Shown: positions 63,177 through 64,000 of the stretch, piece after piece
Numbering within the stretch: position 1 is the stretch's first letter
Layout of the letters: the number at the start of each line of letters is the position of its first letter
Assembly (NCBI GenBank): GCA_903895995.1
Contig: CAITVX010000014.1
Coordinates: 20,741-84,740 of the forward strand
DNA: 64,000 nucleotides
Origin: an uncultured Actinomycetes bacterium
GTDB lineage: Bacteria; Actinomycetota; Actinomycetes; Nanopelagicales; Nanopelagicaceae
Reading direction: 5' to 3'
The notes under the pieces: model-generated
The model's database searches: none
What the model saw: the letters and a program-made list of their open reading frames with translations, nothing else
Told to the model about the DNA's origin: nothing
Made by a program: the position numbers and the translations under genes

Positions 63177-63464
63177 TTAATGAAGCGTACTAACAAAGCG
63201 AGAGATCATCTGCACAACGATAAAGATCAAAATAAAGGATAGATCGATCGAGACAGGACCCATTCGAAGCGGCGGTATGAAACGACGGACAAATTTCATC
63301 ACTGGGTCTGTGATTCCATATATTGCTTCAGCGAGGGCAAGGATGATCCCACGCGGACGCCACTGCGGAGCAAAGATTCTTGCATAATCAAGAATCAAGC
63401 GCCCAAAGAGAGATAAGACAAAAATCTGAAGAACAATCCTGACCAGCAGGACGATGAGTGACAT
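63177..63464 (-). CDS. yggT: YggT-family membrane protein
   Basis: 95 aa with hydrophobic helices, directly downstream of sepF as in the actinobacterial dcw-distal cluster. Confidence 0.85.
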   Translation of the reverse strand: MSLIVLLVRIVLQIFVLSLFGRLILDYARIFAPQWRPRGIILALAEAIYGITDPVMKFVRRFIPPLRMGPVSIDLSFILIFIVVQMISRFVSTLH

Positions 63465-63469
63465 GACTC

Positions 63470-63976
63470 TTAACTCTGGTTAAAGAAGCTTGCTTCTGCT
63501 GCAGCAGCTTTATGTTCTGATGAGACGCGAACATTTGCTGGAGTTAAGAGGAAGACCTTTGAAGTGACGCGTTCGATGCTTCCGTGATGTCCGAAGACAA
63601 GACCTGATGCAAAGTCAACGAGACGCTTACGTTCGGACTCTTCCATATCGCTTAAATTCATAAGAACTGGTTGGCCTTCACGGAAATGTTCTCCGATGGT
63701 CCGAGCTTCATTGTAAAAGCGAGGATGGATAGTAAAGATCGAATCTAGGATCGGCAACTCTGATTGCATCGCTGGTGCAACACTCGCGGCGGGTGTGAGA
63801 GCTACAGCGCTTCGCTCGCGAATTGTTTGCGACGGTGTGACACTTCGAGAAGGACGTGTCGGCGCAGTAACGCGAACACTCTTCTGAGGAATCTCCATAG
63901 CTACAGTCGTTTCGAAATCTGCCTCATCATCGACGAGTCCAAGATATCCAGCCATTTTCTTAAATGCATTTGCCAT
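63470..63976 (-). CDS. sepF: Cell division protein SepF
   Basis: N-terminal amphipathic helix MANAFKKMAGYLGLVDDE and a C-terminal FtsZ-binding domain (PVLMNLSDMEESERKRLVDFASGLVFG...VFLLTP). Confidence 0.9.
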   Translation of the reverse strand: MANAFKKMAGYLGLVDDEADFETTVAMEIPQKSVRVTAPTRPSRSVTPSQTIRERSAVALTPAASVAPAMQSELPILDSIFTIHPRFYNEARTIGEHFREGQPVLMNLSDMEESERKRLVDFASGLVFGHHGSIERVTSKVFLLTPANVRVSSEHKAAAAEASFFNQS

Positions 63977-64000
63977 GGGTTAATTTTATGCGGGAGTTGG

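Overview
This window is a densely packed, almost entirely housekeeping chromosomal segment of an actinobacterium. Signature genes and arrangements are rbpA, whiA, sepF, an ANTAR regulator of the PdtaR type, sufR-sufB-sufD, hisI directly followed by trpE, and lgt after trpA. I call 56 protein genes and 1 tRNA, and all but 6 of the protein genes are on the minus strand. By coordinate the content is: sufD(partial)-sufB-sufR; ctaA, tkt, pgi (plus strand); rbpA, secG, tpiA-pgk-gap, whiA-yvcK-rapZ, uvrC-uvrA-uvrB, coaE, rpsA; an MFS transporter (plus); polA; a hotdog thioesterase (plus); livFGMH-livK; pdtaR; a tRNA; pyk; gltD-gltB; a VIT-family protein; lgt; a DsbA-like and MauE/DoxX pair; trpA-trpB-trpC, a 49-aa ORF, trpE; hisI-F-A-H-B-C-D; dnaE; rluD; lspA; a Lys/Ala/Pro-rich DksA/TraR zinc-finger protein; ileS (plus); yggT; sepF. 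Intergenic space is minimal and many stop and start codons overlap, which suggests a streamlined genome. That is an inference, and GC content was judged by eye, not computed. The ORF track renders GTG and TTG starts as M; I checked this for secG, coaE, sufR, gltB, dnaE and gap (GTG) and for rpsA (TTG). I saw no rRNA, CRISPR array, transposase, integrase, prophage, toxin-antitoxin or recognisable defence genes, and I did not find a convincing novel multi-gene system. The observations most worth a second look are: (1) a Leu-anticodon (CAA) tRNA with a tRNA-Leu-like D-arm but only a 5-nt variable loop, whose 3' end lies 1 nt from the pdtaR start codon; (2) an untracked 49-aa membrane ORF whose start and stop overlap trpE and trpC; (3) a contiguous uvrB-uvrA-uvrC block; (4) a DksA-type zinc-finger protein with a histone-like (PAKKA)n tail encoded by perfect 15-bp tandem repeats; (5) the absence of divIVA and of tal-zwf-opcA-pgl from their usual actinobacterial positions; and (6) several structured intergenic elements. 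All calls come from reading the sequence and the translations. No database search or folding program was run.
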